A DNA stretch of 64,000 nucleotides, from the NCBI GenBank assembly GCA_043826355.1, contig JBDRQI010000030.1, positions 1 through 64,000 of the forward strand, in the 5' to 3' direction. A program made the translations under genes and the position numbers. This stretch comes from Candidatus Omnitrophota bacterium (GTDB taxonomy: Bacteria; Ratteibacteria; UBA8468; MWAK01). Numbering within the stretch: the stretch's first letter is position 1; each line of letters begins with the position of its first letter. Positions 1 through 9,291 of the stretch are shown here, piece by piece. The notes under the pieces are model-generated. The model was not told the DNA's origin and searched no databases. It saw only the letters and a program-made list of their open reading frames with translations.

Positions 1-85
1 AAAAATGCGGTTGAACCTTATAACACGGAGGTGGTGGAATGATTAAGTTGACGGGAAATGTCAGCCAGCGAAAGGAGGTGAACGG

Positions 86-394
86 ATGTTTGATGGAGAT
101 CAGAAGATAGTTGCCCAATATAACTTTTACTTCCTGAAAGAGTGGGACTCGTCAGTCAGAATTCTGGGTCTTAAGGCAGGCAAGGAAAAGGTGGGCAGAC
201 TGCTGAAAGAATTTCAAGACAGAACCGGCTCTAAAAACATCAGCCAGTTCAAGCAATGGCTTAAGAAAAAGGATTACGAGGTCCTGGAGATCTCGTTAAG
301 CCTGGATGTTTTGATAGAGTCGGCCAAACGGGAGGCGAAATATGATCAAGTTATCAAGCAGTGTCAGCCGGAAGGTTCCGATTCCTGGAACTGA
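86..394 (+). CDS. Hypothetical protein (element-borne)
   Basis: ORF with AAGGAGGTGA RBS; no recognisable motif. Confidence 0.6.
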   Translation: MFDGDQKIVAQYNFYFLKEWDSSVRILGLKAGKEKVGRLLKEFQDRTGSKNISQFKQWLKKKDYEVLEISLSLDVLIESAKREAKYDQVIKQCQPEGSDSWN

Positions 395-740
395 GTTTTC
401 GTCTCAGCTATTCGGGGCCGGAATGGAAGTGGAAGTAGGAAATAATGCCTCTTCCGATGAAATCAGGGGCAAGTTCAAGGAGATGTATCAAATCCTTGAA
501 GTCTCGGTCAAGGAGCAGATTGTTTCCAACGGAGCGCCTGTTCCTGAAGAAAGGAAAGACACTTCGGCAGAAGACCCCATCACGCCCAACCAGAAGAAAC
601 TGATCGAAAAGCTGGTCAAGGAACAGGGGATCTTCGGAAAGGAAAGGATAAGGATTCTGGGCGTAAAGACCAAGGAAGAAGCCAAGACAATTATCAAGAA
701 CCTTCTTTCCAATGGTCCGGGGAGGCAAGGTGAGGAATAA
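342..740 (+). CDS. Hypothetical phage/ICE-type protein
   Basis: GGAGG RBS; C-terminal 'PITPNQKKLI...TKEEAKTII' motif typical of mobile-element recombination accessory proteins; coupled to the next gene. Confidence 0.65.
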   Translation: MIKLSSSVSRKVPIPGTEFSSQLFGAGMEVEVGNNASSDEIRGKFKEMYQILEVSVKEQIVSNGAPVPEERKDTSAEDPITPNQKKLIEKLVKEQGIFGKERIRILGVKTKEEAKTIIKNLLSNGPGRQGEE

Positions 741-1521
741 CCCTCTGGGTTATGTCACGACATCAATGATTCAGGCCTACGACTGCCCCAGAAAATACTA
801 CTACGAATACGTGGAGGGCTGGAAACCAATCCGGCCCTCTGCGAACCTCGTCTTCGGCAGCGTTTTCCACGAAAGTATTGCCGAAGAGTTCTTAAACGGC
901 CGGACAGCCAAGGATGCTTTCCTGGGGAAATGGGAGAAAGTCGGAGAATTAGTTTATTCCCGGTCAGACAACCACGAGTCCTTCAGGAAGACAGGTCTTC
1001 TGCTGATTGAGAAAGTGGCAAAGACCGAACCCTACCAGAGGGTGATTGCGGTAGAGAAGGTCTATCAGGCCGAACTGCCGGACGGAACTGTCTTCAAAGG
1101 GAAAGCAGACGTCATCTATGACGACGGGGAAGGAGAAGTCCTTCTTGATTGGAAAACATCCGGCGGGTCGTTTCTGGACAGCCGGCCTGACCTGGATGAC
1201 CAGTTGACCGCCTACAGCATGCTCTCCGGCATTTCCAGGGTGGCTTACGGAGTCCTTCTGAAAAAGAAAGAACCGGAAGTCAACTTCTTCTTCGCGGCCA
1301 GGAATCAAGAGGATTATCTTGACTATCAGGTCAAGGTAATGAAGACAGTGGCTGACATAGAGGCAGGTTTCTTTTACCGGAAACCGTCCCTCTACTGCGG
1401 CTTCTGTTCTTTCTGTCCTCTTTGCCGCAACCAAAAAGAAGAGATTAAATCTACGCTGGCAAGAAAATCGGTGGAAGACAGATACAAAGAGTTAAACTGC
1501 GAAAAGGTAAATTTATTCTGA
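730..1521 (+). CDS. PD-(D/E)XK Cas4/RecB-like exonuclease with 4-Cys Fe-S staple
   Basis: CPRKYYY, FGSVFHE, E-KGKAD-LLDWKT, QL..Y and CGFCSFCPLC motifs; GTG start at 730 after GGAGG. Confidence 0.88.
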   Translation: MRNNPLGYVTTSMIQAYDCPRKYYYEYVEGWKPIRPSANLVFGSVFHESIAEEFLNGRTAKDAFLGKWEKVGELVYSRSDNHESFRKTGLLLIEKVAKTEPYQRVIAVEKVYQAELPDGTVFKGKADVIYDDGEGEVLLDWKTSGGSFLDSRPDLDDQLTAYSMLSGISRVAYGVLLKKKEPEVNFFFAARNQEDYLDYQVKVMKTVADIEAGFFYRKPSLYCGFCSFCPLCRNQKEEIKSTLARKSVEDRYKELNCEKVNLF

Positions 1522-1609
1522 ACGCTCCCTCTTGGTCTGGTTTCTTTGTCATTTTAACGCGACAAAACGGCCAAGAGGGGTCTTACTATCTATTCGGGGG
1601 AGAAAATTG

Positions 1610-1768
1610 ATGTATAGCCCAAAGATTGAACCGGAACAGATGGGGAAACTGTACCTTCTGCGGGAATCATTAGCCCAGGAAGGTGTCAAAAAACCAATAA
1701 CGACCTTGGTTAAAGAAGCGATTGAAGAATATTTGGAGAAAAGAAAGGAGGGGAGTAACCAGGAGTGA
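1610..1768 (+). CDS. Small ribbon-helix-helix-like DNA-binding protein
   Basis: MYSPKI...KPITTLVKEAIEEYL; GGGGGAG RBS before ATG 1610. Confidence 0.65.
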   Translation: MYSPKIEPEQMGKLYLLRESLAQEGVKKPITTLVKEAIEEYLEKRKEGSNQE

Positions 1769-1779
1769 GTTATTTTTAG

Positions 1780-1817
1780 GAGCCAATGGCAAATACTGCA
1801 TTGGCTCTTTTTCTTTC
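1780..1817 (+). terminator. Intrinsic terminator
   Basis: GAGCCAATG(1780-88)/CATTGGCTC(1799-1807) stem followed by a T tract. Confidence 0.7.
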
Positions 1818-1910
1818 TGGAAAAACTCTACATTGAAGTACAGAAAAATGGTATAATTCAAATAATATGAATGAGCAGTTCGTTTTTAGGGCTATGCGAA
1901 GAAAATAATT

Positions 1911-2792
1911 ATGGCCATACCTGAATCCCAATTAGAAACATGGGCAAAGCAAGGTTCAGTCAATCAATCCTCATCTACTTATGCTTCGATTAAAATAGCT
2001 TTGGAGGATTCTAAGGCTATTTATAAAGATAAAATTTTTGAAGTTTTCCTACAGGGTTCTTATGGTAATGACACAAATATTTATGCAGAAAGTGATGTAG
2101 ATGTAGTTATTAAGTTGGACTCAATATTTCGTGGTGATACAGACTCCTTATCTAGCGAAGGGAAAAATGCATATAATAATCTCTCAAATGCCACTTACGA
2201 TTTTAAAGATTTTAAAAAATCTGTAATTATAAGACTACAAAATGCTTTTGGTAAAGAAAATGTAATTGAAGGCAGTAAAGCCGTTCATATTAAACCGAGC
2301 CTATCAAGACGTAGTGCGGATGTGGTGGTAGCATATCAGTATCGCAGATATTATAATTGGCCACATGGTTATACCTCTGGTATTGTCTTTCCAACACAAT
2401 CAAGCGGTGAAATTATTAACTATCCTAAAAAACATTCTGATAATTGCACAACTAAGCATCAAGAAACTGATAATAATTTCAAACCAATGGTTCGTATTTT
2501 AAAAAATATACGAAGCAAACTTGTTGAAGATGGAATAATTACAAAAAATACTGCCCCGTCATATTTTGTTGAAGGTTTACTTTACAACGTTCCAAACGAA
2601 CTTCTTACTGGTTCTTATGGAAATATACTTGTTAATATTCTGAATTGGTTTCATGAAGTACTTGATCGTACTAAGTTACTATGTGCAAATGAACAATACT
2701 ATTTATTACGAGACGGAGTTTTAGTTTGTTGGTCACCCACTGACGCTGAAAGATTTATAAACGAAGTCATTAAACTTTGGAATAATTGGTGA
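1911..2792 (+). CDS. cdnE: CBASS cGAS/DncV-like nucleotidyltransferase, CdnE-like
   Basis: FLQGSYGNDTNIYAESDVDVV catalytic motif, ADVV third Asp, IINYPKKH, KPMVRILKN, PSYFVEGLLYNVP. Confidence 0.92.
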   Translation: MAIPESQLETWAKQGSVNQSSSTYASIKIALEDSKAIYKDKIFEVFLQGSYGNDTNIYAESDVDVVIKLDSIFRGDTDSLSSEGKNAYNNLSNATYDFKDFKKSVIIRLQNAFGKENVIEGSKAVHIKPSLSRRSADVVVAYQYRRYYNWPHGYTSGIVFPTQSSGEIINYPKKHSDNCTTKHQETDNNFKPMVRILKNIRSKLVEDGIITKNTAPSYFVEGLLYNVPNELLTGSYGNILVNILNWFHEVLDRTKLLCANEQYYLLRDGVLVCWSPTDAERFINEVIKLWNNW

Positions 2793-2793
2793 T

Positions 2794-3384
2794 ATGCATG
2801 CTTATTCAGTAGACACAGACGAAAGAAAAAGCATTTTGCTGGTATTGGCAATAATCAGCATAGTTTTTTCTTGGTGCTTTTATAAATTGCTGAGTAATTA
2901 TAAAATTTCCTTGCCGTGGTGGATCGAAAATCCATCGGTGTTATTTTTCTACGGATTATTTTTTATAATTTTTGACAAGTGGCTTTGGAAATATTTTAGA
3001 AAAATTAAACTTGTAAAAATTCCAAATTTAAATGGTGAATGGAAAGGCAATTTAAAATCTTCTTTTGATAACCATTCGTCAGAAGTCAAATCTACATTGA
3101 GAATTTTTCAAACTTGGACAAAGATTAAAATCTTATTGAACACAGGCCAATCGTCTTCTCATAGTGAAGCCGTGTCTATTGTAATTGATGCTCCCGAGGG
3201 TAAGTATTTAAGTTATCAGTATATTAACGAGCCAAAATCAAATGCCGTAAAAACTATGAGTATTCATAGGGGAACCGTAAGACTGGTTTTTGACGAAAAG
3301 AAAGATGTTTTGCAAGGAGAGTATTATAGTGGTAGGGACAGACAAAATTTTGGTAGCTTATATTTCGTCAGAAAAAACGCATGA
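2794..3384 (+). CDS. cap15: CBASS 2TM beta-barrel effector (Cap15 / SMODS-associated)
   Basis: Two N-terminal TMs, FDKWLWK..PNLNGEWKG, IFQTW, YQYINEP, HRGT, GEYYSGRDRQNFG; directly after the CD-NTase. Confidence 0.9.
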   Translation: MHAYSVDTDERKSILLVLAIISIVFSWCFYKLLSNYKISLPWWIENPSVLFFYGLFFIIFDKWLWKYFRKIKLVKIPNLNGEWKGNLKSSFDNHSSEVKSTLRIFQTWTKIKILLNTGQSSSHSEAVSIVIDAPEGKYLSYQYINEPKSNAVKTMSIHRGTVRLVFDEKKDVLQGEYYSGRDRQNFGSLYFVRKNA

Positions 3385-3691
3385 AGCTAATTGCAACCGT
3401 AAATCATAGGCACCCTTTCTTAGAGTTCGAATAAGGTCTCGTAATACCTACTTTTCCGACCCATTCTCTTCCAAAAAAGTTCTAACGTCGTCTACTAGGG
3501 CCACAGTAGCTACCGATTCCGGTCGAAGTAGCCACACAAGACTTGCCACTTCCAGCCAAATCGCTCTAAAATGGTTGGGTAGAATTAAGACTTTTCAAAA
3601 TCGCCAAAAAGGCGGTTTTGTTGATATAATAGTATTATTGACTAACAAATTTATGGCTTTACGCTTGAAGAAATTGAAATTATTTAAAGCA

Positions 3692-4285
3692 ATGGATGAA
3701 ATAAAAGACCCAGAATTAATAGGCAGAACAGTTTTAGGAGACAGCATATCGTCTGATTACGATCCATTTACTAACGGTCTTTATATAGTCGGATTAACCA
3801 GAGAGCAATTAGAATCCTTCGGATTATTTTTAAATGAGCTATATCAAAAACTAAGAGAAAAGGAACCTCGTCGTCAGGTTACTCGTAATGCGCTAACTAT
3901 GTTGCGGGGAGCAATATTCGCTTTAGGCACGCAAAAATTGAAAAATCCAGAATGGAAAGAGCATTGCGCAACATCATTACGCGAGATATTTCATGAATGG
4001 GAACAGGGACGAGTAGAGTCTGATTTCTGTCTATTCTATAAAAATAGTGGTGAAAAACTTACAGAAAAAGAATCAGATACTTTTAGGGGATTTAGACTCC
4101 ACTATGAATATTTTACGGGGATAGATCATCATAATGCATCGACAATTTTAGGATCATTAATTACCTTATTAAAAGACAATACTTTAAAATTAGAAGATTG
4201 TTACAAAGATGAAGTTTTTATTGAGAGAGTTAAGGATTTTTTTTCTAAATTGACTGATATTATTAGTTTTTCAAGAAAAAAGTGA
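3692..4285 (+). CDS. Putative nuclease (HEPN-like / pPIWI-associating nuclease-like)
   Basis: GAIFAL...NPEWKEHCATSLREIF motif resembling the GA..AL..NPD..RH...SLRE pattern; start uncertain (3653 or 3692). Confidence 0.5.
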   Translation: MDEIKDPELIGRTVLGDSISSDYDPFTNGLYIVGLTREQLESFGLFLNELYQKLREKEPRRQVTRNALTMLRGAIFALGTQKLKNPEWKEHCATSLREIFHEWEQGRVESDFCLFYKNSGEKLTEKESDTFRGFRLHYEYFTGIDHHNASTILGSLITLLKDNTLKLEDCYKDEVFIERVKDFFSKLTDIISFSRKK

Positions 4286-7200
4286 TTATGGATCAGATTG
4301 AATTACACAACAAAATAGATTTATTGGTACAGAAAGACCCGGCGCATGAAAAGGCGGTTAATATACGTGCGCTGATTTCGGTGAATCAAGATGCTTATAG
4401 TTATTTCTTTGCCAAAGCCAATGAGAATTGGCTTACTTGGCTGTGGGAAAATGGATTTTTAGATGTCATCAAACAGAAAGCGGAAGATCCGACACGTTAT
4501 GGGTACAAAACACCAGAACTTAACTACATTGTAAAAATTTCCGCGAAAGAATCGATAAAGGTAGTTAATATTATGCTTGCGGTTCCAATTTCTACCGAGA
4601 ATTTCAATCCAGAAGTAGTGGATAGATTTCTTCGAATATGCAGCGGTTTACCGGCTCAGGAACTTAAGCAGATAGTGACAAAAATCCGCGATGAGAAATG
4701 GCCGCAGCTTATGAACGTATTCAATGAGTGGGGCTTTGAATATGAAAAGATGCTTAAAACTTTAGCAGAGGCAGATGATTTCGGAAGTATTCTTATTCTC
4801 GCCGAAGCAATCCTCGCTGTGCGTATCAAAAAGGAAGCCGAGCAAACCTCGCGAGGGCTTTCATTCGATAATCCTTTTTACTTTAAAAATTTAAGTTATA
4901 CCAAAGTATTCGAATATCTGCTCAAAGTGGACGAGAAAAACATAGAAAAAGCACTTGCTCTTGTAACTGATGCAATGAGACGGATAATCCTTCTAGGAGA
5001 AGAGGGCGAAGATAAGATATTCAAAGTTTACGATAGATATTTTCTGTTAGACGTGGACTTTTTTACACTTATACTTAAGGAAAAGGGCGGTCTTTCGTCT
5101 GGAGATGATGTAGAAAATCTGGCGGCCATTATTAAAAATTACGCAGAGCGAACCATCGGGGGGAAATGTTACAATGCCGAGTCCGTCGCTAAATTATACG
5201 GTGCATATTTTGAATCTCTTCCGGATAGCCGTTCTATGTGGCGTTTGCGGCTATTCGTTATGAGCTTATGTCCCGAAGCTCTCAAGCAGGAGCTTAAAAA
5301 AGCATTTTTCCGATTATTCGAAGTTGAAAACTACCATGAATTGATATCGGGGACTGAGTATCAAAAAGCATTACATGCTGGATTTTCTGTTTTATCTGAA
5401 ACTGATAAGCGAGAGTATGTAAAACAAGTTATAGAGTACTTCATGAAAAAAGATCAAGAGGATAAAAAAGAAAATTGGCATATGGTTTACGGCTCAAAGA
5501 TTCTTTCGGTAATAGCAGACTATCTTATAGAAAACGAGAAACAAGAGGCAAAAAGTAAAGGGTTCACAATAGATCCTGCTTATGCGCCTGAACCAAGCAT
5601 CGGACCGATTCGCAGTGGGAGTATAGTGCCACGAGGTCCTATAACCAAAGAAGAATTTAGTGATCTTCCGATAGCAGATATCGCCAAAAAATTACGAAAC
5701 GAATGGACTCCTAAAAAATTAACTGAGCAAGACATAAATGATGATTTTTTTAATCCTTTAAACGCTGAGGGGGTTGGTGAATTATTACGAACGGATATCG
5801 CAAAACGGCTACAAGATTACATAAATAATGCTCATCTCTTTTTTGAACGAGATGTGTTAGACCAGCATTATACTTATTCGTATCTGCGTGGTACACAGGA
5901 AGTCATTCGTGGCAATAAAGCTGATGTCAATAATATAAACTGGGATAATTTAATAACTCTCTGCACTGCGATAAAAAAATCTGGCGAGGTCAAACCGTTT
6001 AGTGACGAGAAACGCGAACGCAATACCTTTAATGCTTGGCTTTCTGACTGGAGAGGTGTTCATTCTGTTATGACAGATGTTCTACAGGAATTGCTTAACG
6101 AAGAAAGAGATAAAATTATCGTTGATTTTTCCAAATATCGCAGTGATTTATTTTCAATTATAAGTTATCTTCTTGTTTACCCAGATCCCGAGCCAAGAGA
6201 CGAACAAATTGAGACCGCTGGGATGAAAACAAAATCCCCGGGTAGCGATGAGTATTCCGTTAGCGATCCATTCTCAATGGCGATTAATACGGTGCGAGGG
6301 CGGGCATTTCAGGTTTTTGTTTTGTTTGTATATCAAGACGGTAAAAAATTCACCAAAGAAGAAAAGGTGAAGATTTCCTTGGATACTAAGAATCTTTATG
6401 AGACGGTTCTAAAGAATGAAAGAACTCGAGCTCTTATGTTTATGTTCGGGCACTATTTGCCTTCATTTTACTTCCGAAACAAAGAATGGATACAAGGATT
6501 ATTACCGCAGATTTTCCCAACAGAGCAAGAAAAAAGGCATCTCTATACAGCTGCATGGGAAGGTTATGTTTCTACTAGTCTTTATGAGGATGTATTCTTT
6601 AATCCCGATATTCAAAAGCTATACGAACGAGGTCTTGCTTTAACAGACGCGGATTATCCAAAACAAAAGCATTTTAAAGAACCCGATGAAGGCGTAGCAG
6701 TTCACATTGCCCTTGCTTTTATGCATTTCTTAGGATTTGGGTTTGATCACACTTTGTTCAAAAAATTCTGGAGTATACCGAATTCAAAAAATCATAAAGA
6801 ATTTATTTCATTTATTGGCCGCCATTCTATTTCACGAGAATCGGCAGCAGAGTGGGTAAAACATAACAAAGTTGATATAGAAAAACTTAAAAAGTTCTGG
6901 GATTGGGCGCTTGAGAATTGCAACTCAGAAGAACTAACAGGATTTGGTTTTTGGATTAAAACAGAACAGAGCCCATTGTGTATTAAATGGCTTGCTAAAC
7001 ATACACGCCAGACCCTTGAAGAAACAAAAGGATATGTGGAATGGGAATACGGATTAATGAGATCTCTCACAGCATTTGCTAAAGAGGCGCCGGAAGATAC
7101 GCTTGTCATTTTGCGCTTTCATCTTCTTGAAGAAGTTGCTAAACACGAACCAGTTAGAACATGGCTGCATGTGGATAATGAAGTTTATGATGCATTTAAA

Positions 7201-7326
7201 GAGATTTATAAAAATAAGACGACCAAAGAGGGTGTCCGTATACTCATTAATGATCTCCTGCCATATCGTAATGGTCTCTTTTGGGGATTAAAACCAATAT
7301 TGGAAGAAGGCGAACAAAAGATATAA
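4282..7326 (+). CDS. Large all-helical (HEAT/TPR-like) protein, putative defence sensor
   Basis: 1014 aa; YFF..WL..L...GF, AINTVRGRA and AAWEGY motifs recalled from C-terminal regions of STAND/Sir2 defence proteins; no Walker motifs. Confidence 0.65.
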   Translation: MIMDQIELHNKIDLLVQKDPAHEKAVNIRALISVNQDAYSYFFAKANENWLTWLWENGFLDVIKQKAEDPTRYGYKTPELNYIVKISAKESIKVVNIMLAVPISTENFNPEVVDRFLRICSGLPAQELKQIVTKIRDEKWPQLMNVFNEWGFEYEKMLKTLAEADDFGSILILAEAILAVRIKKEAEQTSRGLSFDNPFYFKNLSYTKVFEYLLKVDEKNIEKALALVTDAMRRIILLGEEGEDKIFKVYDRYFLLDVDFFTLILKEKGGLSSGDDVENLAAIIKNYAERTIGGKCYNAESVAKLYGAYFESLPDSRSMWRLRLFVMSLCPEALKQELKKAFFRLFEVENYHELISGTEYQKALHAGFSVLSETDKREYVKQVIEYFMKKDQEDKKENWHMVYGSKILSVIADYLIENEKQEAKSKGFTIDPAYAPEPSIGPIRSGSIVPRGPITKEEFSDLPIADIAKKLRNEWTPKKLTEQDINDDFFNPLNAEGVGELLRTDIAKRLQDYINNAHLFFERDVLDQHYTYSYLRGTQEVIRGNKADVNNINWDNLITLCTAIKKSGEVKPFSDEKRERNTFNAWLSDWRGVHSVMTDVLQELLNEERDKIIVDFSKYRSDLFSIISYLLVYPDPEPRDEQIETAGMKTKSPGSDEYSVSDPFSMAINTVRGRAFQVFVLFVYQDGKKFTKEEKVKISLDTKNLYETVLKNERTRALMFMFGHYLPSFYFRNKEWIQGLLPQIFPTEQEKRHLYTAAWEGYVSTSLYEDVFFNPDIQKLYERGLALTDADYPKQKHFKEPDEGVAVHIALAFMHFLGFGFDHTLFKKFWSIPNSKNHKEFISFIGRHSISRESAAEWVKHNKVDIEKLKKFWDWALENCNSEELTGFGFWIKTEQSPLCIKWLAKHTRQTLEETKGYVEWEYGLMRSLTAFAKEAPEDTLVILRFHLLEEVAKHEPVRTWLHVDNEVYDAFKEIYKNKTTKEGVRILINDLLPYRNGLFWGLKPILEEGEQKI

Positions 7327-7367
7327 AAAATTGAAAATTCCTACGCTTCAAAATTACTCTTAACAGA

Positions 7368-7547
7368 TTAGTTACCCTTAGAAACTTTCCGTGATTCTCC
7401 TTCTTTGTAACGCGGATGAAGAATTGCCCTCAAAAGATTGACTAATCTCAAGAATTTATCATAGGCCTCCTGTTTGGATATTTCCTCCCTAAATTCTTCA
7501 AGATAATTCTTCCGGAACTCTTCAATCGTTTCGTCGGATGGTTTCAT
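7368..7547 (-). CDS. Small CPR-like helical protein (candidate recombination directionality factor)
   Basis: MKPSDETIEEFRKNYLEEFREEISKQEA; TTGATT-17-TATCTT promoter ending 7 nt before the ATG. Confidence 0.6.
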   Translation of the reverse strand: MKPSDETIEEFRKNYLEEFREEISKQEAYDKFLRLVNLLRAILHPRYKEGESRKVSKGN

Positions 7548-7671
7548 GCCCCCAAAGATACAAGGTTTAACTGAATCAATCAACAGCCATAGTAGTACAA
7601 ATTTGCCTTTCCACGCATTTTCTCCCATCTTGATTTTTCTCTCACAAACAGCGAAAATAAGCACATAAAAA

Positions 7672-9291
7672 TCAAGAAGACCCCGGCTCTTCTGTGGACC
7701 TGCCCGACAGAACAGTCCTTAATCCATCCCATTCCTTCAGTTCTTCCACGATTTGGTTCCAGTTGATCCCTATGAGGTCCACCAGAGAGGATTTTTGACC
7801 GTCAAAATGCTGATTTAGCGTGTAAATATACCCTAGTTTCGCGGTTCCATAACCAAAATTTCTTGCATATGGAATTCCCTCGGGAAACATTAGTTTATGG
7901 AACCAAGGTTGAATCTGCGGAAATAAAACATGCCAGCACGCTCCCAAATTACGGATAAAACCTCTCGCGTAGTCCAAGGCGCCTTCAATATCAAAAAATT
8001 CGATGCGGCACTGACTCAATAACACTCTCGCCGCCGTAATTTCGTTTTCCACTTCCTGTTTCCTTTCCAAAAATTCCTCCTTCGTGTATGAACCCTCCTC
8101 CCTCATCTCAAAGATTTTCTCCCTTTTCGCCTGAAGCGTTTCAATCTGTTTTTCGTATTTTTTGGCTGCAAGTTTAGAAACGCTTCCTTGTTCTTGCCAT
8201 AAATCCATAATCGTTTCTTTCAATACTACAAAAAATCTGTCTTTCGGAGTAATTCTATCCAAATACTCACCGAACTCTTTTTCCAGTTTATTTTTCGCTG
8301 TGCTTTTTCCGTATGTCGGGCAACTTTTGTTTAAGCAATGGTAATAAAAATACCTACCACCATTGCCTCTTGGCGAACTTCCGGTAAGAGGTTTTTTGCA
8401 AAAATCGCAAATGACTGTTCTGCGCAGCGGAAAATTTGGATTGTATTTATTCCGCTTCATCAACTTCGCCTTGCCGGCGCGGACAAGTCGAATCTGATGC
8501 ATTTCTTCCCTCGTTATCATCGGCTTATGTAAGCCTTCCGTTTCTTCGCCAGTCCAAGGGTTAGTGATTATTCCGGCGTAGAACTTCAAATACCTGCCCA
8601 GGATAAAATCAACAGTCTGGGAGGTGGTTTTCTTACCCCGAGCAGCGCTCAATCCCCATTCATCAAGCAGTCGAGCCAATTCTACCTGAGTACATAGCCC
8701 TTTAGCATATTCTTTAAGGGCTTTTTGAATTAGCGGGAAGGTCTGTGTATCAGGCGGGTCCGGTTCGGTCTTCTTTTCGTCTCTCTTTCGAAAATGGAGA
8801 CATTTATAACCCATAGGTGGTTTCCAGGGATAAATACCCTGGTTTATTCTGGCCAGCATTCCGTCAGAGCATCTCTGTTTCCTGATGGCATTGTCATATT
8901 CTGCGGCTCCGGCCAAAACGGTCTCAATAAACTTCTCGGCCGGTTTATTGCCGATTGGCTCGGTAACGGAGTGAAGGGTTGTGCCGTAATCCAAAAGGAT
9001 TTTTCTGACGGCAAAGTGATCTTCGGTATTTCTGGCGAACCTGTCAACGCGCAGCACTACGAAGACCTGAATCTGTCCTTTGTTTTTCCGGCAGAACTCC
9101 AAGGCTTCCAGAAATTTCTTTCTATTGTTCAGACTCAAATCTTTCGCCGTCTCTCCTTCCTCCCGAAAGACGGCCGCAATTTCAACATTCCTCTGTTCGC
9201 AGTATTTGCGGCAAAGATCCTCTTGAAATTCCAAAGAGGTTCCTTTTACTTGTTCTTCGCTTGATACTCTTGTGTAGATAATACCTTTCAT
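7672..9291 (-). CDS. Large serine recombinase (resolvase + recombinase + Zn-ribbon + coiled coil)
   Basis: IIYTRVSSEEQ catalytic Ser, VDRFARN, PPMGY, HKPMIT, CDFC...YYHC. Confidence 0.95.
   Translation of the reverse strand: MKGIIYTRVSSEEQVKGTSLEFQEDLCRKYCEQRNVEIAAVFREEGETAKDLSLNNRKKFLEALEFCRKNKGQIQVFVVLRVDRFARNTEDHFAVRKILLDYGTTLHSVTEPIGNKPAEKFIETVLAGAAEYDNAIRKQRCSDGMLARINQGIYPWKPPMGYKCLHFRKRDEKKTEPDPPDTQTFPLIQKALKEYAKGLCTQVELARLLDEWGLSAARGKKTTSQTVDFILGRYLKFYAGIITNPWTGEETEGLHKPMITREEMHQIRLVRAGKAKLMKRNKYNPNFPLRRTVICDFCKKPLTGSSPRGNGGRYFYYHCLNKSCPTYGKSTAKNKLEKEFGEYLDRITPKDRFFVVLKETIMDLWQEQGSVSKLAAKKYEKQIETLQAKREKIFEMREEGSYTKEEFLERKQEVENEITAARVLLSQCRIEFFDIEGALDYARGFIRNLGACWHVLFPQIQPWFHKLMFPEGIPYARNFGYGTAKLGYIYTLNQHFDGQKSSLVDLIGINWNQIVEELKEWDGLRTVLSGRSTEEPGSS

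Noticed and set aside
730..1521. Cas4-like gene as part of a CRISPR-Cas locus
   Set aside because: No repeat-spacer array or other cas genes seen; solo Cas4/RecB-like nucleases are common in mobile elements
3385..3575. Spacer after cap15 with hairpin at ~3506-3535 as an ncRNA
   Set aside because: Only one short imperfect hairpin; no family resemblance
7755..7784. Functional tRNA gene
   Set aside because: Only a degenerate 3' end; no D or anticodon arm
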